Part shown: piece by piece, positions 50,158 through 61,954 of the stretch
How the letters are laid out: every line of letters begins with the position of its first letter
How positions within the stretch are numbered: the stretch's first letter is position 1
Source: Chlorokybus atmophyticus
Taxonomy: Eukaryota; Plantae; Mesostigma and Chlorokybus algae
DNA length: 64,000 nt
Assembly: GCA_009103225.1 (NCBI GenBank)
Contig: RHPI01000773.1
Location: forward strand, 517,990 to 581,989
Reading direction: 5' to 3'
Position numbers and translations under genes: made by a program
The notes under the pieces: model-generated
Told to the model about the DNA's origin: nothing
Seen by the model: the letters and a program-made list of their open reading frames with translations, nothing else
The model's database searches: none

Positions 50158-50760
50158 TCAACAAGCCACTACTATAGGTAGTGCTGTTTACACAGTTCTT
50201 TGCATGAGTGGAAGAGGAATTACACTGTTAAGTGAGGTGAATGAGCAAGCAACACGTGGATGCTATGCCCTGACTGATACCAACAAGCACACGGCGACCA
50301 AGTACACAAAGCTCACAGCAAAGACAAGCACAGTGCACGAGAACATGCACAGGCTCTCACACAGTGAGGGGATTCCTGGGAACCGGGACGGTGTGATTCG
50401 TAGTTCAAGTCGCTTCACAAGCTCTTAGATTTCTCACTTACAGTGTCACCAGCTGATCCGGTGAACACTGTGCCTACTTATACAAGTCAACTCATGACTG
50501 TCCAGAACATAAGCTAACGGTCATATCGAGGCCATTTCCACAGGAAATCCGCACTCGATATAGAACCCAACTTATAACTGAACTCACAACTGAACAGCTA
50601 CGCGCGGTGCCTATGTAGGCTATGGTCATGAGCTACTCTAGAGACACAACCTAGCTACTGGTCAGAGACGCGCGCGGGTTGTCATGCTGGTAAGCCGGGC
50701 GAGGGTCTTGCTGTAGGCAAGCCCGATGACGACTGGCATGCCCGGACGATGGGCATGACA
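50158..50760 (-). repeat. Element B repeat A1 (contains a TATA box and the putative TSS)
   Basis: ~96% identical to 39953-40532; TATAAGTA at 50482-50475. Confidence 0.9.
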
Positions 50761-51520
50761 GAATGGTACAGGTGGTGAAGAAGGGGATTCGCAAGTACTA
50801 TCTCAACCACAACAAGAGAGATTGGGACTTGGCGTTGCCATGGCTGGCGATGGGCTATCGCATGACGCGGCAGGCTGCGTTGAGCTCCTATACAGCCCCT
50901 ACTTTTTATTGTATGGGAGAGAGCCCATACTGCCAACATCAATCCGGAGACAGGTTGAGCAGGAGCTTGACTTGGAGGATCCCACTGTGTGGGAGAAGGA
51001 GATGGCGAAGCGTGCGGAGCTGTTTCGGCGTGTGATGCCAATCGCACTTGGCAACTTGCAAGTGGCGCAACACCGCGACACGTTGCGCTATGCTAGGGTG
51101 AGGAGTGGCTTCTATAAGCCAAGACGGCAGAAGTTTCAGCCAGGTGACTTTGTGTACCTGCAGAGAAAGACCAAGGACACGCTGGATACGAGTGCGAGTC
51201 GCACCATCCTTCGTGTGCAGAAGCTCCTCAACAACGGTGTGTTGTTGTTGGAGGGAGCTGATGCCTGGACCACCAAGGAGCACATGAAGAGCTGCGCTCC
51301 TTGCCATCTGCCAAACGTGGATGACAGTGTGGATCCGGCCCTGGCAATACCAGATGTGGGTCACCGTTGTGAACAGTGTGGCCGAGCAGAGGGCTGGGAC
51401 ACCATGCTTCTATGCGACAGGTGTGTTGCCGGTTGGCACATTGAGTGCCTTCGTCCACCACTTGAGGAGATCCCTGATGGAGCATGGTACTGTCCAGAGT
51501 GTACGAGGACTACGCGATGA
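50761..51520 (+). pseudogene. Element A integrase C-terminus plus PHD finger
   Basis: Resumes (R)MVQVVKKGIRKY after the GAAT TSD; CEQCGRAEGWDTMLLCDRCVAGWHIECLRPPLEEIPDGAWYCPEC. Confidence 0.9.
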
Positions 51521-53748
51521 GCGTGTGAGTCAGCTGAAGGCGCACGAGGGTGTTGGCGCTCAGCTGCAGGGGGTAGTGACACGCATCTTTCACTATGTGT
51601 GTCTACCATGTGATGAGAGGCAGTGCATGAGATAGCATGACATGGTCTCATGGTGTACAATAGCATACGGACATGCATGACAAGGTGGTTTACGACGAGT
51701 TCAAGCCACGATGAGGGAAGGCACGACAATGGACTCTACAAGGGACGAGCGCGCTTTAGATTTGGGACCCCTAGTGCTACAGGAACAACACTGCTCTTAA
51801 ATAGATAGTCAACCGAAAAGCCAACTTTGGATGTGTGGAGTTGGCAAATGGGCGGTGCTATGAGATCTTTAACCAAATGATGGACCACAACAGCATGACA
51901 TGGCTTATTAATGTCGCCATCACGTTGTAAAATTACCATCATGATGTCACGGCGACAGCATGTTGACTAGACGGTAGAATAGAGAAAGACAACGACGAGG
52001 TAGTCATAGCTGTGAGAGATTAAAATTTGATTCAGCCATCTGTAGACTCTAATTAGCTTAATCAGCCATGATAATTAATATGCTTACTCAAACTGTTTAA
52101 AGGTGTTATGTTGTGTGTCTAAATGTAGAAAGCTTGCATATCAACATGTTATACGCCCACAAACGCGGCAGTATTGAGCTGGTACGGGCATTTAACGAAG
52201 CATTTACTTTGATAGTGGTTTTTTTCAATATGTGCCGTTTCTTGTAAGACTATGGAGGTGTGCGCGCCTGCAGCTGCGTTTAATGGTCTGAACCGGGCTT
52301 GTTTTAAGTAAGGAGGTTGCTATAAGGGCCAGCAATGACAAGGTAGTAATTGAGCCGCTTAGAGATGACACTACAACACTTGGAGCATTTGCATGAGGTG
52401 GCCGGTGATTCGAGCACGATAGCTTATGGGAGTTTTTGGACAAAAAGGAGGCAGAACCTCCATGTATAGGCTGGAGCTTTATTTGACACAGAACTCCACA
52501 ACTTGTTTTAAAAGCACTTGCACTTATTGGTTCAAAGGCGAAGGATTTCTATTCGGTAACTTTGAATGCTTGCTCTGCGGCTATAAAGGCCTTAAAGAAG
52601 TTATCTGATTCCTTCCAAAAACAATGCCAAGCATATGCACTGTGTCTAGCTTAAGCGCGAGTTGAACACTTTGCGAAAAGAGCGCAATGAATTAGGCAAT
52701 TTGTACCTAGCGTGAACAAGAGAGCTTGAGAACTTAACTCAAGTGCTTGTTTACGTTGTGCATGTGGCTTTTGTGAATATATTATGCAGTAGATGGGCAA
52801 GTGCTATACACATAAGTGCATGCACACCACTTACATATGCCGCCTTTTAGGCCTACATGTGTACGGCCTGCGTGTTGATTTGCGCATGTGCACACGTGAT
52901 GCCTTTTACACACATTCAGTCTCACAGACAATTAGGCTTGTTTGCATACTAGGTAAGGCGTGCGGGCATTTAAGCATGCTCATGTGCAAGCACATGAGCC
53001 TACATACGCATGGAGCCTTCTACGCGAGTTGAGCCCCAAAGGGTGCAGGCGTGTTGCATGCCATCTAGGCGTGCTGAGCGTTTCGACGCAGTGTTCGCTT
53101 TGTGTAAGCATACTTTGTACCGGTATTCCCTTGTGGCCTAGCCCAGTGGCTTGTTAATTTAATCATCATGCGAACATGTGATCATCCAAGATAATTCTCG
53201 ATAGGGCAAGCCGTGTATCACTAATACGCATGCACGTGAAAACTCCACGGATTTCAGGATCAGTACTGGTCCATGCATTAGCTATGCGACGCTGATTGGT
53301 TGAGACCAGCGATGGTCCGTGCAAGAAGCTCAACATTAACCAATTAACACTAGGTTAGCAATTATACTCTTAAGTACTTTTACTCTATTAAATATTGGAA
53401 ATTGGGATTTTGAAGCCATTAGTTTGTGCAAAACCACTACGCTTTGTGCAACATGGCGTACATATATTAATGGAAGCACAATATGAAGGGCTTTATTTTA
53501 AAATTAAAGGCTTTGATGCTATATCGAGGCACGCGCGGTTGACACGATGTGTACATGTGCAAATTGCGTACAATTCCTGTTGCTATTGCAGAAGAACATA
53601 CTGTGTTGGTGGATAGCAATGTGGCTACTGAGGATGTTACTTCAATATCTGTTGTGAGAATGCTACATCAACACGTGGCTGCGCATGTCGCTGTGCGCAC
53701 AGCTTAGCACCACAGCCAATTGAGCAGCATGTTGCTCATGTTTCTTAG

Positions 53749-56057
53749 TTGCAACTCAATACAAGCAAAGCCACACTCGGATTGCAAGGGCTTAATTGTG
53801 CACTTGCGCAAGCATCTATAGATGACTTGCAAGGCTTTAAAGTTTTGCTGCAAGAGTTGCAGAAGCAACCATTAAACGCGCCAACTGCAATCTATTCACT
53901 TATGTGCCTCCCAATACCAATTGCTACCAACAAGTTTGTTGCGCTGTCAACTGCAATGCAACAACAATATGTGGCAGACATTTGGGGGCAACTGCAAATC
54001 ACTTCATCGCAACCTCTAATACCACATTGCTCTGATTCCGAACGGAGCGAGATGGTGATCAGTTCCATTTGGAATAGTGAATGTTTTGTGGCAGGCATAC
54101 CTGAACTGCACGCGAAAGCGTGGTAGACATGGCTTCACCTTGCGAAACAAGAGAGAAATGCGCATGTACTGCGCTGGATGAAGGAGGGATTCAAGCTGAA
54201 GCGGTGTGCACTGCTGCGGCAAAACCAGCAAAGGTGGAAGAAGTGAAGGCTTCTCTCTTATTCAAAAATACTTGTTGCCTCACTATGTAGCAGAGATTGT
54301 GAATAGGAAGGTGCCCACATCAGTTAGAGTAGGCAACCGATTGTCTTCAACACTGCACAAGGAGTTCGTGCACGAGGAGTTGATGGACGTGCAGTGCACA
54401 AGTGCGATATCCATTGTTGAGCCTGTGGAGGTGCAAGTAACTACAGGCATTGGAGTGGTCACTCACCCCAAGATGATGTTAATCCTAGATTTGAGATATG
54501 TGAACCTTTTCTTGGACATCTGCCTTTCTCATATCAGACACTGTCAGACGCGTTGTTATACACTAAGCATGACTACGGGCAAGTGACGTTGGACTTAAAA
54601 TCGGGCTATTATCCGGTGCCCATGCATCCCAGCAGCAAGCCTTTCTTCGCTATGTAATACAAGGGAGTCATTTACAGGTGGAATGTAATGCCTTCTGGCC
54701 TCAATTAGGCATGCTGGGTTTTTACACAAATGATGGGCGTGGTGTTCTCGCCGCTGAGGACATTGGGCATTGGATGCTTGCACTACATTGACGACTTCCA
54801 CTTGAGTAATAAGCTAAAGCAACATCTGATGTGGAGAGCGTTGCTGCTTCTCAAGATGTTCAAAGCCTTCGCAGTTTTTATGAGTGCGGCAAAGAGCAAG
54901 TTGCATCCTCAGCTGGTCGTTAAGCTGTTGGGCCTGTTGGTTGACACCCACCATGCAACATTTTAGCGATTGAAGATAAGATGGCAAAGATCATTGCAGG
55001 CATTGACAACCTGCTGCAATCATGTACAGTTACGAAGAGAGCCGTGGTGCGCATTATTTGCAAGTTGGTGGCAATCAAGCTGGCATTCGCCCCTGCGTAC
55101 TTGTATGCTAGGCACTTGTACCAACTGCTGAGTGGAGCTATAGATTGGGATAAGGTGTTCCCGACCTTTGCGGACTTGAAGAGTTTCCTGTCTTGAGTGA
55201 GGGCACGCCTCCCTCAATACAATGGCAATTCATAGTGGAAGCCTCCCACCGCAATGGAGCTGAAAGTTGATGCTTCGAGCACAATTGGGTGGGGTGCCAC
55301 AGGCCCTTGGTCACACTTGATTGGCAACTTCTCTCAATCACAGATGACTCTGCCACCCTCGGTGAAAGAGGCGCTCGTGTACATTGCGGCCTTTCTTAAT
55401 TCGTGCGCACGCGTCCGCAGCTGCAACATGCTGCTGGGCGTATTGTGGGAGACTGTCAGCCGGCGGTGCGCATGCTGCAGCAGCTTTTAGCAGGGCATGC
55501 GGCAGCACGGCAAGCGCTGCAACAATTGTGGCATACCTGTTGGGAAAAGGATTGAGCTGTGCAGTGCACATGGGAGCCGCGACAGCAATTGGAACTTTAG
55601 GCTTTCCAAGTTTACAGATTGGGGGGATTGGTCTCTGTGCGAGGAAGTTATAACAGCCATTATGCCGGGCATGGGAACTTCAATGCTTGATGTTTTTGCA
55701 GCTGAGTGAAATGCCAAGACAGATGCTTACTTCTCATTTTTGCCTATGCCTGGTAGCATTGGCAATGCGCTTTCATCGGACTGGCGCGCAATGCTCGCAG
55801 AGTTGGGGGGTGACCTTGTCTGGTGTCATCCTCCACTTGCTATGCTGCATGAAGCCATGGCATTGTTAGTGCAGTGGCGCGTCAATGCGATTGTCATTGT
55901 GCCAGAATGGCGCTCTGCTGTATGGTGGCCAGCTTTCATGGCCTTGCCCATCAAGCAGCGCATGCTAGTGCGCAATAAGCCGCAATTGTTCAAGAGAGGC
56001 TCTAGAGTTCCGCCCTCCACTATTAACTCGGGAGTGTATCCTTACCAGGTGGTTTAG
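53749..56057 (+). pseudogene. Decayed DIRS/PAT-type retrotransposon pol: RT, RNase H and N6-adenine methyltransferase-like domain
   Basis: LILDLRYVN, DLKSGYY, WNVMPSGL, HYIDDF (RT); LKVDASS (RNase H); LDVFAAE*NAK...VWCHPP...IVIVPEWRSAVWWP (DIRS MT domain). Confidence 0.8.
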
Positions 56058-56885
56058 GTGCGGTGGGAGGTAAGTAACTTCTTTGATGCAAGTATAGCTG
56101 CATGCTCTCAGGTCATTTCCACAATCCTTGTGCTTGTATCTCTTCTAGGGTGGCACCGCGAAATAGAGCATGCTAAGCTGCTTCCCGTCTAAAAGAGTGC
56201 AACCCCAAGTACGGCCGGTAAATGTTGCATGCCTTGCAATGCTTCACAAAGGCATAATAAGTGTAGTCATAGTGCATGCCTTTATAACCCACTTTCCGAC
56301 TCTGTGCCAGAGGCCTGAACATTGGCCCGCAGCTGATGGCAAAAGGGCTTCCTTGCATGGCACTTATGTACCATTGCAGTACGTCCGAAAACTGGCAGGG
56401 TAGTTGACTATCTCTGATAGAGATGGTTGGCACTCCCCCGTTGCTATAGTTTTTCAGAATTGTACTGCTACTGGCAAGCGCCCCTTGTACTATATGAAGG
56501 TTTTTTCGCATGCGTGCGTGCGCCCTCGCCACCTCTTTGCCTTGTGCACCACAAGTACATGCAGAGACTATAGTCTCTCCAGCAACTGACAACTTGAAAT
56601 GTCATCGACCTTGAATTTTTGCAGGAAGTAGCTGTGTAAAGAACTTGACAAGCGTATGCATGTCCTCAATGGTGAGCGGGGTAGCTGCAGTTGGCTGTAC
56701 ACCATGTTGAGCTGACAGCTTGGCATAGCCCGTTTTAAATTGAGCAACAGCATATAACTGGCATGGGTTGCCTTGACGCGCATCTCTCCATGGTCCTTGC
56801 ATTCCCAATAACTCATATGCACTGCCCAGCTGCTTAAGAACTTGCTAGATACTAGCCGGTGCAATCCTCGGTTGCCCATCACGCC
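56055..56885 (-). pseudogene. Tyrosine recombinase of the same element, antisense and tail-to-tail with pol
   Basis: TPLTIEDM...; LGLHSFRR(E)A; GATLEEIQAQGLWK*PESMQLYL (HxxR motif and catalytic Tyr region). Confidence 0.72.
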
Positions 56886-57797
56886 CCCGCTTGCGCGCAC
56901 TAGCAATGTGCACATCCGTCCAGTGCCCAGCTATGTACGTTGTGACGGTGCTCGTGCCTTGTCACCTATGAATTGGTGCAATCAACAACCCTCTCACCAA
57001 GACACGGTATTTACACCGGAACCTTGCCCCCTCTGCCAAGCACACATGCGCGCCCCACCACTCGCGTACGCACGCGCATGCGCTTGAAGCTACACACCGA
57101 CTTGCGTCGCGCCTTGCATTGTCACACAAGCAAGCACACACTAGTGGACACACGCTAGCAACCAATGCTAACCATCATCAAGCTTGCACACAAGAAACTA
57201 GGGAGCTAAAAGTGTTTTTGCACATAGTGAAATGTCTCTGTTAAACCTACCGATCTGCACATGCTACTATCTAGACAATTCTAGCGCCAGACGGAATTAG
57301 ATGCTAAGATATTCTTGCAGAATTTTGTAGTACACCTCTAGACCTTTCCTATTCACCAAAGATGTCCTCATTTGATGCCCATATGATTAAGTTATACTAT
57401 ATGGCGCCAGGCCCTCTTCCAAAAATCTGGTCGAGCCCTTCTCGACTGGCCCTCCGTTTTCTGGCACCTTCCGGACTGGTCCTGGGCCCCGGTCGACATC
57501 TGCGGCAGACTCACAACTCGCCGATATCCGCCATAAGTCATGAAAACGTGGTGCTCGAAAAATGGGCCAAAGAAGGTCCTAAAGTTATGAAAAACTTGGC
57601 CTCGACGGTTACATTCGTGGTGATGATGCTTAGGGTCACCTGCTGCGGAGTTATATGCAGTGCACCAAGATACTGCAAAAACTCCTGCCAGCAACTATCT
57701 CTTCATGCTTGCGTTGCCAGTGCAATGGCAAAGCTGCTGACGCGCTCAACCTTTCGCAACGCGAGCACTGCTCGGTGTCGCATGTGATTGCAAATTG

Positions 57798-58875
57798 AGA
57801 GAGTTTAATGCTAGCTTACTCTCTGTTCCTACATGATTACATGTATATACGTTGGGTGGGAAAGGAAGTAGTTAATGCATTTAAACAAAACAACAACTGA
57901 ACGACTACATCTCTGCTCGCTATAAAACAGATTTAACGCTAGCTAGTTGCTTTTCCCAACTTAGACATCCAAATAAATGTTCAGATGTTGAAGCTTGTAA
58001 TGTTACAACCTTCAACATCTCAACGTCTATTCAAAAAATGTTGCAATGCTGCAAGCGCACTGCTGTTATACATTATCAGATACTCGAGCGGCCGGCTGAT
58101 TAGCTAACCGCTCGCGCGTTCTCTGCCGCCTGGCACAGGACATTTCAATTATGTAGACTGACCGCTGTAAACGTCAGCACCGCTGACGTTTGCAGCGCCT
58201 GTAAGCAGCCATAGCCTAGCTTATTGCGATATGACGCTGAGCAGCTTTCGCAGTTGTTCTTCTTATCTTTAATGTCTTCGCTAGCCGCGGCGGCGGCGGC
58301 GGCGTTGTTTTTCACCCGCTGTCCTCACCCTTACACCGCCGCAATTGCAACACTAGCCACTTGCTGTCGCACACCGCGCGCTAAGCGTTAGTGCACACAA
58401 AGCACCGTTACGCGCAGTCCTGACACGTTGCGCCACATGTTTGACATGATCTTGTACATGTCACGACACACACATACGTACCACGCTCGTTAAGTGGCGA
58501 CATCCCCACCGTTGAGCATGAGGACACGCGTACTCTTTGCCTTTTAGTGCAATGCATCTATACAGAACGACAACTCTACGACTACATCTCTACTTACAGA
58601 AAAACAAATCTAATGCTAGCTGGTTGCTTGTCCCTAGGGAGAGCTCAATGCTAGCTTAGTCTCAGTTCCTACAAAAACACATTGATATACGTTGGGTGGG
58701 AAGGGAAAGTAGTCAATGCATACATACAGACCGACAACTCAGCGACTACATTTCTACTCACAGAGGAATAGATCTAACGCTAGCTAGTTGCGTCTCCCAA
58801 CTTAGACTCTAGAATAGACGTTCAGATGTTGAAGCTTGAAATGTTGCAATGCTGCAATCGTATTGCTTTCATACA
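57798..58875. repeat. Diverged ~270-bp direct duplication (57798-58075 and 58639-58875) with a partial third copy near 58560
   Basis: Shared gagag..aatgctagctta, tatacgttgggtgggaa, aacgctagctagttgc, gttcagatgttgaagcttg and aatgttgcaatgctgcaa. Confidence 0.75.
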
Positions 58876-59089
58876 CAACTTACCACCGGTAGAACATGCT
58901 TGTCTACAGTTCGCAGCCCCGTACAGCGCGCCACCGACCCCATTGCACCGGTCCGCGGTGCGCTGCCGGTGCATTCGGGCCGGTATTTTGTCCGGCAGAC
59001 CTGACATGTCACTTTTAGTCCGGTAGGTGTTTGGCACAAACAGCGTAGATGCTGATTGGCACGGACGGCCCCCTCCTTGACCATTGCAG

Positions 59090-59292
59090 CTTCGGTTCGT
59101 CGCTTCTGTGTGCCCGCGGAGGACTAGGCGCTCACAACCCAGAAAATGTTTTAGCTTGTGTACGCGTGCGCTGCCGCCGCAACCAGCGACGTGGTAGTTG
59201 GCACCGTCAAAGCCAGCGAGGACGGAGAAGGCGAAGGCGGAGGAACTGAGTGCCGACATGCAACGCAGGTTGGGAACGCTCACTCTCACACA

Positions 59293-59340
<48 letters not shown>

Positions 59341-59572
59341 TGGGAGACTGCCATTGTGATCCCCTCCGCGCCATACGTGCATGACTTCAGCACAACTTTC
59401 GCAAACCCCGACTACTTTTTCAACAAATGTCAGGNNNNNNNNNNNNNNNNNNNNNNNNNNNNNNNNNNNNNNNNNNNNNNNNNNNNNNNNNNNNNNNNNN
59501 NNNNNNNNNNNNNNNNNNNNNNNNNNNNNNNNNNNNNNNNNNNNNNNNNNNNNNNNNNNNNNNNNNNNNNNN

Positions 59573-59661
<89 letters not shown>

Positions 59662-61900
59662 GCGCGTGTGTGAGATGTTCTTCTTTGACGCAGGTCAAGG
59701 GCGAGGAGGCGTTATTGATGATTCGCTTCCAGGTTGAGGAGAATCTAGCCGCCAGCAGCGTCTATCTAAACGGAAGCAGACACACAAAGGTGATGCTGCC
59801 ATGCTCAATGACCGGCTTGCGACATCATCAGCACGGCCCACAACAGCATCACATGCTGAGTTATGCGTCGGTGTCGTTGTGTATGTGCTGAGAGTCTCCA
59901 TAGCTGGTGCCTGCAAGGTAGTATTGTGCTGCATTCGTGTTGTCCACAAACGCCGAAGCAAAAGGAAGAGGTCTCCGCTTCTGATCGCGTTCTTCTTGGC
60001 CACAACCGCCGTGCCGCGATCGCCAACTCAGACCACGCCAGAGTTGTCATGGTAACGCACAGATGCCTGTTTGGCCGACTGAAGTGACACAACAACTCAC
60101 GCGGGTGTGTGCACGCACGCAGTCGGCCGTGGCAGTGCTTGCTGTCAAGAGCGGTGCATTGGCAGCCTTGGGCGGCGCGAGTCAGGCGGCGCAGCGTTGG
60201 GTGCACGCGGGGGCCCTCATCGCCACCGTGCAGGCCTTTGGTAGGTTGTTGGCGCAGAGGAGAGAGAAAAAGCTGCGGCCCTGCCGACCCAACCTGCACT
60301 TCCGCAGCCCACATCTTGAGGCCGAGTTTCGCACACACCTCGCACCACACGCAACCAAGGTGCGCTTGGTAGTTGTGTCGCGCCTCCCAAGCACATGTGT
60401 CTGCGCACGTGTGCGTGCCACTCGTGTGCACACATCTGCATGCGCACACGGTACCCACAGACCCACCCGCACAGGACTTGGTGCGCGTCTTTTCTCTTGG
60501 CGGTAACACTTGTTGTGTTGGGGTTTGCATGCCACGCGGGCGCGGCGGGGTTGGCGGCGATAACTTCACCGGCATGATGGGCTGCGCTGGCATCCCTTAT
60601 GGCATTGCTGCTCGCCGGCTGGTGGGCTTGCTGCAATACTTAAGGAAGCACTCGGGAAGCACACACCCATAACAAGTTGGTTGTTAACTTCGACCATGCC
60701 CGTGGCTATGAATGTGGCGATGCGTGCTGGGTTCATGTTGAGTTGGGTCGGGAGTGGTCCAAAGAGCCGACCGCTATGGCAGCCCCCTCGTTAGAAAATA
60801 GTGCTGCTTGTAGCTTTCAGTTTGTGTATCACTTAATGAAGTTGAGTGGCGTGCGCTACGCTGTGGCTGCATCGGCTCTCATCACATTCAACGCTGTTGC
60901 ATATGCGGCCACCCCGCCCGCCAACCACACAGAGAGGCGGGAGCTCACACATATGAACCTGTGTACATATTCCTCATTCTGTTTTTGCACCTCATTGTGT
61001 CGTACATCCACGAACACACCGAGCGCCAAAGGTCAGCTGCAAACATTGTCATATTGCACGCGTCACGTCATTGGGAGTGTGGTACTCGCTCATGGGCACG
61101 TGGGTGGATGAACGCACCCACCCACCCACTAATTCACATCTCCCTGCAGGTTTCTGTTGGCGAAGGAGGTGGATAGTGAGCGTGTGCGCGCGCATGATCT
61201 CCTCACTCAGATGCTTCCGCAGCGCATTACCCACGCCCTCGAAGCCAATCCCGGCAGCCTCATGGCCAACAAGTACTGCAACGTCACCATCATGTTTGTG
61301 GCACTGCAGGGCTTCGCCAACCTCGCGGCCACCACACCCGCCAAGCGACTCATCAACTTTCTCAACGATGTATTCTCATGGTTTGACGTCCTCCGCGCAC
61401 AGTAAGCAATCGTATGTGACCATATGTGACCGTTCATACCTATATGCACCGTCAGCAACAATGTGTGTGTGTGTGTGTGTGTGTGTGCGTTGCAGCCACA
61501 ACGTGTACAAGATCGAGACGGTGGGCGACATGTACTTGGCGGGTGCGGGTTTGCTTGACGGCGACGACAGCGTCACTGACAACGGGTGCGTGCACGCGCG
61601 CAGGGCGGCGGCGATGGCGCGGGACCTCATACGCGTGCAGATGCTGCTTGAGTCTGTGAAGACAACAAACAACAAAGTCCACAACATAACACTTACACTC
61701 AAAGTGGGAGTACACTCGGGTTCTGTCGTCACGGGCATCATCGGCGCCAAAAGACTCCACGATCGCGCTTTTCGTCAGTAGAGCAACATCACACACACTC
61801 GCAAAGACTTGACAAACAACGATGCTCACGCGTTGGTTGGCTCGTTGTGCAGGAGACACTGTCAACACAACCAGCTCAATGCATGTATATCGCTGTGAGA
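59090..61900 (+). pseudogene. Paralogous membrane class III cyclase gene, 5' half (TM block and C1), followed by the element C insertion; probably decayed
   Basis: Exon-by-exon homology to 27300-30200 (LLTQMLPQRI..ALEANPGSL, YKIETVGDMY, KVGVHSG); GDTVNTTSSM lacks the conserved Arg. Confidence 0.8.
59435..59572. other. Assembly gap (138 N) flanked by a (CT)n microsatellite
   Basis: Run of N followed by (tc)n to ~59659. Confidence 0.98.
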
Positions 61901-61954
61901 CACGCACCATGTGCAATCTTGAATATGTTGCTGAGTGTGCATGCGTGTACACAC

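Larger units (their letters stand above)
39723..50760 (-). mobile_element. Gypsy-DNMT element 'B', full length (11,038 bp), with split direct repeats A1-int-B1-GC-A2-B2
   Basis: TSD GAAT at 39719-39722 and 50761-50764; termini TGTC...GACA; A1 50158-50760, PPT 40776-40783, B1 40535-40775, GC 40533-40534, A2 39953-40532, B2 39723-39963. Confidence 0.93.
34810..51728 (+). mobile_element. Gypsy-DNMT element 'A' (A-internal-B form, no terminal repeats; gag and RT N-terminus deleted), interrupted by element B
   Basis: Starts TGTCATG at 34810 and ends GCACGACA at 51728; TSD ATGG at 34806-34809 and 51729-51732; PPT AGGGGG at 51568-51573; PR-DNMT-RT-RH-INT-PHD in between. Confidence 0.85.

Noticed and set aside
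50152-50760. Conventional 5' LTR ending in ...TTTACA followed by a tRNA PBS
   Set aside because: Homology to A2 stops at r (50158), and the TTACA belongs to the self-complementary PBS; no TGG tRNA-like PBS follows
57798-58875. Possible split direct repeats of the YR element
   Set aside because: No matching copy found upstream of the YR element's pol; more likely a local duplication upstream of cyclase 2
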